Source: Methanobacteriota archaeon (GTDB lineage Archaea > Thermoplasmatota > Thermoplasmata > SG8-5 > JAGLSY01). Taken from it: a stretch of 64,000 nucleotides of DNA. The stretch lies in contig JAEHCO010000001.1 in NCBI GenBank assembly GCA_020697715.1, positions 256,001 to 320,000 on the forward strand, given 5' to 3'. Shown here piece by piece: positions 1 to 9,876 of the stretch (the stretch's first letter is position 1; each line of letters opens with the position of its first letter). A program made the position numbers and the translations under genes. The notes beneath the pieces are model-generated. The model was not told the DNA's origin. It was given only the letters and a program-made list of their open reading frames with translations, and searched no databases.

Positions 1-95
1 CCTGAACTAATCATGAATATACGAGGGGGGATAAGTAGATTTTGGGAGGATTGGGATGATTTACGGAGCCTAGGTGTGTAGGAATTACAGAAAGA

Positions 96-232
96 TTGAC
101 CTCCCCGCCCTCCGCTTCGCTCCAGACAGGGTGTCGAATATCAAAGCACTCTATGACTGTCACTCACTGGCACATCACTGAGAGTACCCCGCCCTGCTGA
201 ATATTTATCGAATGGTCCAGACGGGGCATGTT
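96..232 (-). repeat. Structured dispersed repeat family A, copy 1
   Basis: Shares blocks CCCCGCCCT, AAGCACTCT, TGTCACTCACTGG, CATCACTGAGAGTACCCCGCCCT and CAGACGGGGCATGTT with 13076-13224. Two GC-rich hairpins; mismatches become G-T wobbles on the minus strand. Confidence 0.85.
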
Positions 233-251
233 GTAGAGAACTTGTTGGGAT

Positions 252-1109
252 TCAGTAGGCTGTCGTCATGTCGATTAGTCCGCGACTTCTGGCAACATAG
301 TCACCCAATTTGAAGATGCCAACGGAGATTATCGCGAATACGATCGTGCTGATGCTGAGTATCCATAGACTATCGACCGTGGATATGCCAGCTAATGCCG
401 TGTCTATCCCAACTCCCAGATCCAATGTCCTTCTTATCAGCTCCAGCCAGTAGGTGACTGGCAGTACCTTGGCCAAGGATATGCCCCATGCTGGAAGTAT
501 GCTTATTGGGAATATGACGCCACAAAACATGTAGAAGATGCCAGCGACTCCCTCGTTCATGCCCATGGAATGCTTCGCTGTCAGGAAAGAAAGACCTGCC
601 AATGCTAGGCCGAAAGACATCACACACGCTAATCCGATGAACATCACGACAATGAACAAGAGCCAGTTGACCCCCAGGATGTCGAGTGGGACTCCCAGGA
701 AGAACACTCCGAAGGCCATTGTCACGATCACGGCCAATGTGGTTACCAATAGTTTGCTGATGGTCCTTCCCATCATGTAAACGAAAAAATTGGATGGCGA
801 TATGTACAGGTACTTGAGGGTTCGATAATGTTCTCTATCATCGTGGATGACCCAGGTTATGCCGAATAAGACTTGGGCGACGAACATGAAGAACGCGTTG
901 CTCACGTACATGTAGTGAAATAGACCAATATCCGTCTGGCCTCCGATTCCCGCGATGATGCTGTACATGACCACCAGGATCAGTGAGCCCGCTATGGGTT
1001 TGGCTATCGAGTATATGATGAAAGGGAAAGGATCTGTCCAGTTGCTCTCCAACTGCCAGCCCAGCCAAGTGGACCATTTGAAAACACGACGATTCATGCT
1101 CATTGCCAT
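252..1109 (-). CDS. ABC-2 type transporter permease
   Basis: About 6 TM segments, FCGVIFP/LPVTYWLELIR ABC-2 signature. Start moved to MAMSMN (1109), which overlaps the upstream stop. Confidence 0.85.
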   Translation of the reverse strand: MAMSMNRRVFKWSTWLGWQLESNWTDPFPFIIYSIAKPIAGSLILVVMYSIIAGIGGQTDIGLFHYMYVSNAFFMFVAQVLFGITWVIHDDREHYRTLKYLYISPSNFFVYMMGRTISKLLVTTLAVIVTMAFGVFFLGVPLDILGVNWLLFIVVMFIGLACVMSFGLALAGLSFLTAKHSMGMNEGVAGIFYMFCGVIFPISILPAWGISLAKVLPVTYWLELIRRTLDLGVGIDTALAGISTVDSLWILSISTIVFAIISVGIFKLGDYVARSRGLIDMTTAY

Positions 1110-1957
1110 TTGAGGGTCAGCCTCCCTTCTTTCTTTGCCAGGTTCTCCATGTAGCTCAGGCTGAACCTCGCGAGTATGAGGAATATCACCGTCAGGATGA
1201 TCAAGCATACCAACTCCACCCACAAGGGGAGGAAACCATCGCCAGGGCCGAAGAAACACTGGCGCATTCCATCCAGACCCAGAGTGACTGGTATGATCGA
1301 AGCTCCCACGGCCAGCCAGAAACCAGGATCTCCCATGAGGAATTGAAATCCCTTCACCGGGAAGTAGAATCCGGATACCAAGTAGATGGGCTCTGTCAGA
1401 AGATTGGACATATGCCAGGCCTCCCTACCCCACATCATGTACAGTGAGGCGAACATCATCCCCATTCCATAAAGCGCGGTCATGGTGAATATGAAAATAC
1501 CGATGAACATGAGCGGTTCTTCCAGTGTCAGGGTGATGCCGAAAATGAAAACACCTGCCAGTATCGTGGTCACGGCTCTGACAGTGGATGTGAACATGCC
1601 GCCAATGGCCATACCTGCCATTATGGCCATTCGGGATATCGGTGCGACCATGTAGAGTTCGAGATTGCCCATCTCTTTTTCCCAATAAAGCTGAGCGGCC
1701 ATTCCCCAAAGGACATTCATCCAGTACGCGGTCATGGCCCCACCTATCACGACATATCCAAGATATTGAGGTGGCGCTTGGAGCGCGGTGTAAACATATA
1801 TGTAAGCGGCTATGGCCAGTATAGGAAAGAAGGTGTCAAAGAACACCCAGGACGGTTCCCGATTCACACCGATGATCCTGGGATACGCTCGGCCGAAGGC
1901 GGTCCTCATGTTCATGACCATCCAAGAGGGTTTTTCATATTCCTCTTCGAACTTCAT
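1100..1957 (-). CDS. ABC-2 type transporter permease
   Basis: WEKEMGNLE..APISR and SGFYFPV motifs, hydrophobic. Likely start MKFEEE (1957). Confidence 0.85.
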   Translation of the reverse strand: MKFEEEYEKPSWMVMNMRTAFGRAYPRIIGVNREPSWVFFDTFFPILAIAAYIYVYTALQAPPQYLGYVVIGGAMTAYWMNVLWGMAAQLYWEKEMGNLELYMVAPISRMAIMAGMAIGGMFTSTVRAVTTILAGVFIFGITLTLEEPLMFIGIFIFTMTALYGMGMMFASLYMMWGREAWHMSNLLTEPIYLVSGFYFPVKGFQFLMGDPGFWLAVGASIIPVTLGLDGMRQCFFGPGDGFLPLWVELVCLIILTVIFLILARFSLSYMENLAKKEGRLTLKWQ

Positions 1958-2029
1958 TCCGCATCCCCTCCAGATATCGTTCCAAAAAAGCAAACTGGAT
2001 AGGCAGTTGATGAAGTGGAGCGGGTGATC

Positions 2030-3028
2030 TTACTCGTCACCATGCAATCCCCTTCCCACAAGTGCCACGAAGACATCTTCCAAAGTTGGTTCCGTCTTCT
2101 CCACACTGATTATCTTCGAGCCACATTTGGGGATCTCGGATATGATATCGGCCACGATGGCCTCGTCCTCCAATATGAATTTTAGATCTGTAGTTCCAGT
2201 GGTCGGATCATGCTTGAAGGAAAAGTTCCTCACACCGGGAATGGACTCAAAGGGCTTGACATCCGCGATCTGTTTGATCTGTAATTTCAGGGCAGATTCT
2301 TTAGATATAAGCTTCTTCAAATTATGAGGTGTGTCACAAGCCAGTACTTTTCCATTATCGATTATCGCCACTCTGTCGCAAAGCTCCTCGGCCTCCACCA
2401 TGTAATGGGTTGTCAGAAGAACAGTTCGCGATGGCTTGTCCTTCATCCACTTGTGAATGAAATCACGAATAAGCCTGGAAGCATTGACGTCCAGACCCAA
2501 AGTTGGCTCGTCCAGGAATATCAGATCCGGATCGGTCATGAAGCCCCGGATCATATTGGCCTTCTGCCTCTGGCCAGTGGATAGGGTCCTGACCTTCGCG
2601 TCCTTCTTATCGGACAGGTCCATTATCTCCAACATATTGTCAATACGCCTCTTTGCCAATTTACTCGGCATGCCGTAGAACTGGGAGAACATCCAAAGGT
2701 TCTCCCTCACTGTAAGAAGTCCATAGCCAGATGTTTCCCCGCCGGAGACCATGTTTATCTTCTGTCTTATGTCCTGGCAATGTGTATTCACATCATGTCC
2801 CATGACCTTCGCAGTACCGGATGATGGAAGCAACAATGTGCAGAGGATCTTGATCAAGGTGGTCTTTCCAGCCCCATTCGGACCAAGAAGTCCAAACAAC
2901 TCGCCTTCTTTGATCTGGATGTTCGCATTTTCGAGGGCATGCACTGTGCTTTTCTTGCTTTCGCCCTTGACTTGGCGTACTTTGAAATCCCGGCATAGAT
3001 CCGAGGTCTCGACAGCGTATTTTGTCAT
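2030..3028 (-). CDS. ABC transporter ATP-binding protein (DrrA/NodI-like exporter)
   Basis: Walker A GPNGAGKTT, LSTGQRQ signature, FLDEPTLGLD, TTHYM, C-terminal PTLEDVF. Confidence 0.95.
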   Translation of the reverse strand: MTKYAVETSDLCRDFKVRQVKGESKKSTVHALENANIQIKEGELFGLLGPNGAGKTTLIKILCTLLLPSSGTAKVMGHDVNTHCQDIRQKINMVSGGETSGYGLLTVRENLWMFSQFYGMPSKLAKRRIDNMLEIMDLSDKKDAKVRTLSTGQRQKANMIRGFMTDPDLIFLDEPTLGLDVNASRLIRDFIHKWMKDKPSRTVLLTTHYMVEAEELCDRVAIIDNGKVLACDTPHNLKKLISKESALKLQIKQIADVKPFESIPGVRNFSFKHDPTTGTTDLKFILEDEAIVADIISEIPKCGSKIISVEKTEPTLEDVFVALVGRGLHGDE

Positions 3029-3159
3029 TTATTCATCCCTCTGGTAGGCATTATGATCGGCGTGACGAACCTCATGGTGAAGGGTTCATCTAATTAACAT
3101 ATCAAAAAGAATTTTGAGCTGATACAGATGCACAATGGGAGCCTATCCCCATTGTGGGG

Positions 3160-3351
3160 TTAGGCCTCGTAGTGCTGTCTGTAGCGGGTTACGTATCCAG
3201 CAATGCGGTTCCTCATCATTATGGAGACCACATCTGTAAGTTCGGAGACCATCTTTTTATTGTGTTGATAGTCGTCCGTGAACTTCTCCGGATACAGCTT
3301 CACCAGCTCGATGGCAACTCTTTTGATATATGTTGGCCTTATGTTTCCCAT
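3160..3351 (-). CDS. rps17e: 30S ribosomal protein S17e
   Basis: [11 protein letters not shown]...F..DYQHNK...[10 protein letters not shown] is the S17e signature. Confidence 0.97.
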   Translation of the reverse strand: MGNIRPTYIKRVAIELVKLYPEKFTDDYQHNKKMVSELTDVVSIMMRNRIAGYVTRYRQHYEA

Positions 3352-3513
3352 GACTGTACCTCGAAACTGCTGAAGAACTTTTCATACATAAACCTTTACA
3401 TGGAAATTGCTAAATTATTTATAAATTTAAGTCAAAACAAAAACTATATATTTATTAAGACATATTGGTGATAAGGAAGACACAGAGTTCTTCATCAAGG
3501 GGTAGGACAGCGA

Positions 3514-5070
3514 ATGGCTTTATTTAAAAAGAAGAAGAAAAAAGAGGATTCACATTCAGAAGCAGATGTGAACCTTGGAGATATGGGCGCATTGACAGAT
3601 GCCGATAGATCCAGTTTTTCAAAGAAGAAAAAGTCAGAGACATTCACCTTCGAAGAGGTGGATGAGATCACCGAGCCTGAAGAAGAGGTATTTGAAATTC
3701 AGGAAGAGGAAGTTCAGGAGGATGAGACTCAGGAATATGAAGCTCCTGAGCCTGATTACGAAGAGCCTGACATTGCATTATCACAGCCAACCGAGGAAGA
3801 GGATATCGATATTGATTTTTCAGAGATCGAAGATGAGATCGTACTACAGACTGACATTGTTGAAGAAGAGAATGGCTTCGACATAGACGATATACTTCCC
3901 CCGGAGCTACTGGTCATCGAAGAGCTCGAATACATGGAGGAAGAGGAAGAAGAGGTCGTCGAGGTTGTGGAAGAAGCTGACGATAAGGAATCTGATGGCG
4001 AGCAGCAGAAATTAGGATTCATGGCAGCCAGGAAGTTCATGGGCGAGAAAAGGAAACAACTGGATGATAGGGAAGAAGAATTAAGCCAATATGACCAACA
4101 GCAGAAGACCCGTGATCAGCAATTGGATGAGAGAGAGGCTCAGCTGGATACGAAGAATATGCAGATACAAACCGATCTGCAGATACTTCAGGATAAAGCA
4201 GCAGCACTTGAAAAAAGGGAAGCCCAGCAGAATGAGCGTGATTCCCTAATGGATCAAAGAGATAGTGAACTGGTAGCCCAGGAAGATTATATCAAAGAGC
4301 GGGAACAGGCCTTTGATGAGAGGGAGGTCCAGCTGCATGAGAAGAAAGAGCAGCAGGATGCCAGGGAAGCGAAGCTCGCCGATAGAGCAAGTAATCTGAC
4401 AGAGATGGAAGATGATTTCAGAGAAAGAGAGAAGAAATTCAAAGAGAGCATGTTCGAGCTTACCAATAGGGAGGAGGCCCTCCAAACTGGTGAGCAGGAG
4501 TTCAGCCAGAAAATGGATGAACTTGATGAGAAAAGACTAGCAACCCGTCGCAGAGAGGGAGAGCTGGATGACTTCAGAAGAGAGTTAGAGGCCAAGGAAA
4601 AGGAGTTCGAAGCAAGGGAGATCGATGTCGATTCCAGAGAAGAGGAGATCGCCAGAAAGGACATCGAGATCACCGAGAAAGTGGAGAATGCCAATCGTAT
4701 GATGAACGAGTCGATCCAGAGGGAAGAGGAGCTCAATTCCAAAGAGGTTGGTCTTTCAGAGAAAGAGAGAGAATTGGCCACCAATCAGGAAAGGATCGAT
4801 GAATGGAAGAAGAGACTGGAGGCCAAGGAAGAGGATCTCACGTCCAGGAACAATGAGATCGAATCAAAGATCGCCAATGTCAGATCCCAAGAGAGGGAAT
4901 TGGAAGATCGTAAGGCCAGGATCAAATCCAAGGTCATGGAGATCAAGGAATTGGAGACCGAGACCATCAAGAGAAAGAAGGATGTTGATAAGGTCGAACT
5001 ACTTCTCATAGAAAAAGAGACCGAACTCTTCGAAAAAGAGCAGGGATTGACAAAAAGAGCCGCGAAATAA
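3514..5070 (+). CDS. Hypothetical protein: acidic disordered N-terminus and long coiled coil
   Basis: Basic N-terminal tip, E/D-rich region, then about 350 aa of heptad-like (L..RE..L..RE) repeats. Confidence 0.75.
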   Translation: MALFKKKKKKEDSHSEADVNLGDMGALTDADRSSFSKKKKSETFTFEEVDEITEPEEEVFEIQEEEVQEDETQEYEAPEPDYEEPDIALSQPTEEEDIDIDFSEIEDEIVLQTDIVEEENGFDIDDILPPELLVIEELEYMEEEEEEVVEVVEEADDKESDGEQQKLGFMAARKFMGEKRKQLDDREEELSQYDQQQKTRDQQLDEREAQLDTKNMQIQTDLQILQDKAAALEKREAQQNERDSLMDQRDSELVAQEDYIKEREQAFDEREVQLHEKKEQQDAREAKLADRASNLTEMEDDFREREKKFKESMFELTNREEALQTGEQEFSQKMDELDEKRLATRRREGELDDFRRELEAKEKEFEAREIDVDSREEEIARKDIEITEKVENANRMMNESIQREEELNSKEVGLSEKERELATNQERIDEWKKRLEAKEEDLTSRNNEIESKIANVRSQERELEDRKARIKSKVMEIKELETETIKRKKDVDKVELLLIEKETELFEKEQGLTKRAAK

Positions 5071-5259
5071 TATCACTGGCTCAATTATTCGACATCATAA
5101 AAAGAACTAATATCAATAAATCCAATATTATATATATAAACAGTACTTAATCCGGAATAATAAGTGGTAAAAAATCATATATATACGTTCCACTTTATAT
5201 GTGCAAGAGTTCCAAAATGACCACTGGTTATCAGGTGGTCAATATTTGGGGGACTGAAA

Positions 5260-5991
5260 ATGGACGGAGAACAAGACTCAGGGAATAAGGACAAGAGAAT
5301 ACCGACTTACGTCATCAATCTGGATGACATACTTCAAGGTGGCGTGCCCGTAGAGTACATCACTCTATTATGTGGCCACGCTGGAACCATGAAATCATCT
5401 GTTGGATACAGCATTATCTATAATGGTGCCAAGAACGATGGTCTCAAATCCATATATCTGACCCTGGAGCAGGGTAAGCAGAGCATTCTGGAACACATGG
5501 AAAGATTGGGAATGCCTTCAGCAGGATTGGACAATCTTGTAGTAGTTGACCTTTCGAAAGTAAGGAAGGACATCGTCATGGACAAGACAAAGCCACAGAA
5601 TGTGGACTGGCTTAAATCCATTATCGGCGTTCTGAAGAATTACAAAGAAAGGTTTGGATGCGAAGTTCTTGTATTGGACTCGCTCGCAGCGCTTTATGCA
5701 TTGGCTACCTTCAAGAACCCGCGTGGGGAACTGTTCCATTTCTTCGAGCAGATAAGACAGCTGGGAGTAACAACCTTCCTTATCTCCGAAATGCCAACAG
5801 ACAGAGAGGTCTTTGGTCTTTACGGAATTGAGGATTTCCTTTCAGATGGTATCATACACCTGAAAGTTGAGGAAACAGATCAGGGAGCTAACCTGTATCT
5901 GGGTGTTGTGAAGATGAGGAAGACCCACCACTCAAGGAAATATCACCCATTGATATTTGAGAGCGGTTCCTTCGAAGTCGTCCAGCAGTGA
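5260..5991 (+). CDS. KaiC/RAD55-family (RecA superfamily) ATPase
   Basis: RIPT..NLD.IL.GGVP, Walker A GHAGTMKSS, YLTLEQ, LVLDSL, DFLSDGIIHL, KMRKTHH. Confidence 0.9.
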   Translation: MDGEQDSGNKDKRIPTYVINLDDILQGGVPVEYITLLCGHAGTMKSSVGYSIIYNGAKNDGLKSIYLTLEQGKQSILEHMERLGMPSAGLDNLVVVDLSKVRKDIVMDKTKPQNVDWLKSIIGVLKNYKERFGCEVLVLDSLAALYALATFKNPRGELFHFFEQIRQLGVTTFLISEMPTDREVFGLYGIEDFLSDGIIHLKVEETDQGANLYLGVVKMRKTHHSRKYHPLIFESGSFEVVQQ

Positions 5992-6026
5992 TCCAGATCG
6001 GAGATATTTATCTCAGGTGATACCTA

Positions 6027-7385
6027 ATGGCAAAGAAAAAAGGCGGTAAGAAAAAGGGTAAGACCTCTTCAAAGAAGAAAGGCAGTCATCCATCTTCAAA
6101 GAAGAAGGGCAAATCCTCGAAGCCAAAGCAGCAGAAAAAGGCAGATAAGGAAGTTATTGTAGAGCAACCTGTGGAAGAGCCTGTAGAGGAAGTCATCGAA
6201 GAGATACAGATCGATGAAGATATCGCCGAGCCAGAAGAGGTTGTGGAAGATGTCGAAGAAGAGATACAGATCGATGAAGATATTGATGTATCTGAAGAAG
6301 GGGATATCGCTGACGAGATGAGCTTTGATGAAGATATCGCCGAGCCAGAAGAGGTTGAAGATGATTCCAAATTGAGCGATGCGGTTTCTGCCGTGATCTC
6401 CGATGATGGTGGCGAAAAGAAGGTGGAGAAGAAAAAGACCGCCACCGAGAAGAAAAGAGAGAAAATGATCATGCAATGGGTCGCAGAAGGCTATAATGTC
6501 GAAGTCCTGGAAAGCTTCCTGGAGAGCGGCCAGAAGAGAGGAGTTAAGAAATTATTCGATCAGTTTGACTCAAATGTCAAAAGGATCGAAGAGATCAAAG
6601 AAGAGCTGGGATCCGTCGAGAACATTGAAGCCCAGGTGGAAGAATTCAATGCCCTTCTATCAAATCCAAATGATCTTGATAATATTGAATTAGAATTCAC
6701 CAAGCTCAAGGCCTCTAAAAGAGTGGCTGAGATAAAGAAAGACCTTGATGGCATGGTCCTTGATTCCCTGAAAGATCGAGTTGCCGATCTCCACGAGATG
6801 CTTGAAGATCCAAATAACCTATCAAAGGTAGAAGATCTATTGGTAGACCTCAAAAAAGATTACAAAGAGGCCTATTTCGAAGATGGGGTGGAATCTCTCG
6901 TCACCACGACAGATGAGAGTGCGAAGCCAAAGGCTGTGGCAAAGAAACCCGCCCAGAACGGCGCGAACAAGATTCCAATGGAGGTCAAGGATATCTTCCT
7001 CCTTTACAAGGATGGAAAATTCATCTCCCACCACACTGCGAGAGTTGTCCCAAAGGAAGAGCAAGAGCAGTTATTTGCCGATCTCAAAACTGGAAGGAAC
7101 TATCTGAATTCCCCAAAATACAAGCCTCAGAAATTAAATGTCATTTCAGTGAATGGTAGGAAGATCCTCGTACAAGGCGGCCAATACACAGTTATAATAA
7201 TGGTCGTGACAGGAGATGTCAACCCATGGACCGAGAAGATCGTTAAAAAGGTTCAGGGATTACTTGAGAAAGAAGATGCTCAACCACTTATGAAGTGGAG
7301 CGGAGACGTTGCCTCCCTGAAAAGTGCAGGCAAATACATGACCGCCCTTCTTTATGCGTGCATGAAGCTATCGAACAAGAAATGA
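6027..7385 (+). CDS. Hypothetical protein: K-rich/acidic N-terminus, helical middle, C-terminal longin/roadblock-like domain
   Basis: Internal EIQIDEDIAEPEE repeats. C-terminal VKDIFLLYKDGKFISH...KILVQGG..VIIMVVTG...WSGD domain. Confidence 0.65.
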   Translation: MAKKKGGKKKGKTSSKKKGSHPSSKKKGKSSKPKQQKKADKEVIVEQPVEEPVEEVIEEIQIDEDIAEPEEVVEDVEEEIQIDEDIDVSEEGDIADEMSFDEDIAEPEEVEDDSKLSDAVSAVISDDGGEKKVEKKKTATEKKREKMIMQWVAEGYNVEVLESFLESGQKRGVKKLFDQFDSNVKRIEEIKEELGSVENIEAQVEEFNALLSNPNDLDNIELEFTKLKASKRVAEIKKDLDGMVLDSLKDRVADLHEMLEDPNNLSKVEDLLVDLKKDYKEAYFEDGVESLVTTTDESAKPKAVAKKPAQNGANKIPMEVKDIFLLYKDGKFISHHTARVVPKEEQEQLFADLKTGRNYLNSPKYKPQKLNVISVNGRKILVQGGQYTVIIMVVTGDVNPWTEKIVKKVQGLLEKEDAQPLMKWSGDVASLKSAGKYMTALLYACMKLSNKK

Positions 7386-7621
7386 TCGTGTCAAGCTGAT
7401 CGTCCTATAGAAAGTTCGTTTCAAACTATTGTATGATCATATATGCTTATAATTTCGATATATTTAGATACTATAAAGTTCATATATGAATTATATAAAG
7501 AGGGAGATATGCGCGCTGTGATCATTGTCCTCGGGTTTTTGGAACTATCGACAGGTATAGACCTTTCTCTCTCCAATGATAAGCGATAGGTTAGCAATAT
7601 CTATGCAAAAAAGGTGATAAG

Positions 7622-7891
7622 CTGGACAGCATTGGTTTCATATCCGATATAGAAAAAGAATTTGTGCCCATTGCACCCATCGTGGAATTTGCAATAAATA
7701 AGCAAATGCAGGAAGTGGGCGCCAACAAGGAGTGTATGAATCCAAAACAGGCGGAAGAGTTCATAGATAATATGGCAGATGCTCTGGAGATGTTCCTTGG
7801 AAAGGACCAGGCGAAAAGATCCCGAAAATTCATGATGAGCTCATTCAGAAAGCACGCGCCAGAGTATTTCAAGGAAAAAGCCTTGATATAA
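7622..7891 (+). CDS. Small helical hypothetical protein, possible CTG start
   Basis: Frame is open from CTG at 7622, just after the SD-like AAGGTGA. The ORF track starts it at GTG 7664. Confidence 0.55.
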   Translation: MDSIGFISDIEKEFVPIAPIVEFAINKQMQEVGANKECMNPKQAEEFIDNMADALEMFLGKDQAKRSRKFMMSSFRKHAPEYFKEKALI

Positions 7892-7900
7892 GGAGATCAA

Positions 7901-8452
7901 ATGGTAGTTATTGTAGTATCTGGACTTCCAGGAGCGGGAAAGGAGGAGTTCGTCAGAATAGCCATAGAAGAAGGGTTCTCCATGATCCGAATGGGAGACA
8001 TGGTTCGCCAACATGCGATGGACCTGGGATTGGAAATGGGAGATCTGTCCATCGGAGGGCATGCCAATTCAGAAAGAGATCATCATGGCAAAGAAGTATG
8101 GGCCGTGAGAACTATGGAAAAACTACCTCCTGGTAATACCGTCATAGATGGTTGCAGGAGCGAATACGAGCTCGCATACTTCAAAGAGAATATAGAGAAC
8201 ATGATCACGGTGGGCATCGAAGCATCGGTGGAAACCCGCTTTCACAGACTGGTAGCGAGAAAAAGAGATGACGATCCTACCACGATGGAAGACTTCCAGA
8301 GACGCGAGAACAGAGAATTGGGATGGGGTATCTCGGATGCTGTTAAAAACGCTCAGATAAAACTGGGCAATGACGGAAGCCTTGAAGACTTCAGACAACT
8401 GTGCAGGGACACCCTGCTGACAATAGAAAATGGAGATATTAAGGGAGCATGA
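7901..8452 (+). CDS. P-loop nucleotide kinase, dephospho-CoA kinase-like (UPF0200/COG0237)
   Basis: VVSGLPGAGKEE, MGDMVR, VIDGCRS..E, RF.RL..R.R.DD, RE.RELGWGI. Confidence 0.85.
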   Translation: MVVIVVSGLPGAGKEEFVRIAIEEGFSMIRMGDMVRQHAMDLGLEMGDLSIGGHANSERDHHGKEVWAVRTMEKLPPGNTVIDGCRSEYELAYFKENIENMITVGIEASVETRFHRLVARKRDDDPTTMEDFQRRENRELGWGISDAVKNAQIKLGNDGSLEDFRQLCRDTLLTIENGDIKGA

Positions 8453-8552
8453 TCATATACTGATCGTCGCATCCTCTAATCATACAGAAAAATATTAAAA
8501 TGGTTCTTTGCTTGGGCAGTGCATCGAACCCCATATAAATGGAGGGAAATAA

Positions 8553-9695
8553 ATGAAAGAGATCAACATTCACGAGACAAATGCAAAGGACATCATGAGC
8601 AAGAGACCAGTGACCATCGAGTTCCACGAGGAAATATCTGTGGCATTGGGGAAGATGAAGGAGCATGATATCCATGAACTACCCGTTACAGACGATGGGA
8701 AGATGATAGGACTTGTAAGCTATGATACATTTTTGAAAAGAAGGAACATTCCAATGACCACGAAAGTGGAGAATGTCATGAGCTTCCCACCTAGACTTAG
8801 TCCAGATATTTCCATTATGGATATCGCCGAAGTAATGCTTTCCTCCGGTTACAGGGCTGTTCCAGTTACCGAGGATGAGGTTATCGTGGGCATAGTTTCA
8901 AGATCAGATCTCATTAGCTCCATACCGGCTATGGACATACTCAAGGGCATCAAGGTCAAAGAGATAATGACCCATAACCCCAAATGCGTTTCTGGTGATG
9001 ATACGATAGATACGGCAAAGAGTCTGATGAACCGCCTCGATGTAAGAGCTTTGCCAGTTATTGACGATGACAGTAAGATCACCGGAATGGTCGGTCTAAG
9101 GGACATGACCGAATCAGGATGGAGGAAGAAACAGAAGACTGGTGCTGGTGGCGGCGGAGAGAGCAAGCCATTGAAGATCAATATATCCAGTGTGATGAAC
9201 CAAAATCCAATATGCGTTGATGAGGATCAGACCATCGCGGATGCTGTGGAATTGATGCTGGATAATGGAATATCCACCCTCGTGGTATCAAAGCACGATG
9301 TCCCAATAGGTATCGTCGCTCAGTATGATCTGATGGAGCTGATCGCCAGTTTCCAGAAGACCGATGGGGTGTATGTCCAGATCTCGGGTATCGATATGGA
9401 AGATTCCGATGCTTATGACCCAATGTACGACATGATACAGAAATCCATGATCAGAACAGGTAAATTGGTCAAGCCAAAGATGTTCACCATCCATGTATCC
9501 ATGCACAGTGATGGGCATGACGAGCACTCGGGTCATTACCAATTGAGTGGAAGGATGACCACGGATCACGAAATGTACTACGCCCATGCCACTGATTGGG
9601 ATCTTCTGAAATGTCTCAGCGACCTCCTCAGCCAGCTTGACCGCATGGTGAGGAAGGACAAGAGCAAGAAGGATTCCAGACACAAGAAAGGTTAA
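8553..9695 (+). CDS. hibA: 4xCBS + C-terminal HPF/RaiA-like domain protein (HibA-type archaeal ribosome hibernation factor)
   Basis: Four CBS repeats (ELPV..GLVS..D, AVPV..GIVSRSD, ALPV..GMV..D, TLVV..GIV..DL), then VYVQISG...AHATDWDLLKCLSDLLSQLDRMVRK matching the HPF fold. Confidence 0.75.
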   Translation: MKEINIHETNAKDIMSKRPVTIEFHEEISVALGKMKEHDIHELPVTDDGKMIGLVSYDTFLKRRNIPMTTKVENVMSFPPRLSPDISIMDIAEVMLSSGYRAVPVTEDEVIVGIVSRSDLISSIPAMDILKGIKVKEIMTHNPKCVSGDDTIDTAKSLMNRLDVRALPVIDDDSKITGMVGLRDMTESGWRKKQKTGAGGGGESKPLKINISSVMNQNPICVDEDQTIADAVELMLDNGISTLVVSKHDVPIGIVAQYDLMELIASFQKTDGVYVQISGIDMEDSDAYDPMYDMIQKSMIRTGKLVKPKMFTIHVSMHSDGHDEHSGHYQLSGRMTTDHEMYYAHATDWDLLKCLSDLLSQLDRMVRKDKSKKDSRHKKG

Positions 9696-9725
9696 GAACA
9701 AACACTCTGTATGTAAGATAATTGG

Positions 9726-9780
9726 AAACGTGTTGGTTCTTCTAATCGCTAGTGAGATATAGAAAATAGGCGATTAGAAA
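9726..9780 (+). repeat. Palindromic intergenic repeat family B, copy 1
   Basis: TTCTAATCGC-tagtga..N..-GCGATTAGAA inverted repeat, also at 31687-31741 (reverse) and 58679-58734. Confidence 0.85.
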
Positions 9781-9797
9781 TCCAGATAAAACCGAAT

Positions 9798-9824
9798 ACC
9801 TGGCCATTTACACAGTGGCCAGGT
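9798..9824. terminator. Hairpin between convergent genes (putative terminator)
   Basis: ACCTGGCCA...TGGCCAGGT stem followed by T-rich sequence. Confidence 0.5.
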
Positions 9825-9876
9825 CTATTTCCTATTTTTATAGAAGATCATTTCAAATGAATCCTTAATTGATCAA

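Noticed and set aside
3514-5991. Split or read-through coiled-coil-KaiC fusion (Sec/Pyl or frameshift)
   Set aside because: The first ORF ends in TAA and is followed by about 190 nt of AT-rich promoter-like DNA; the KaiC gene has its own start.
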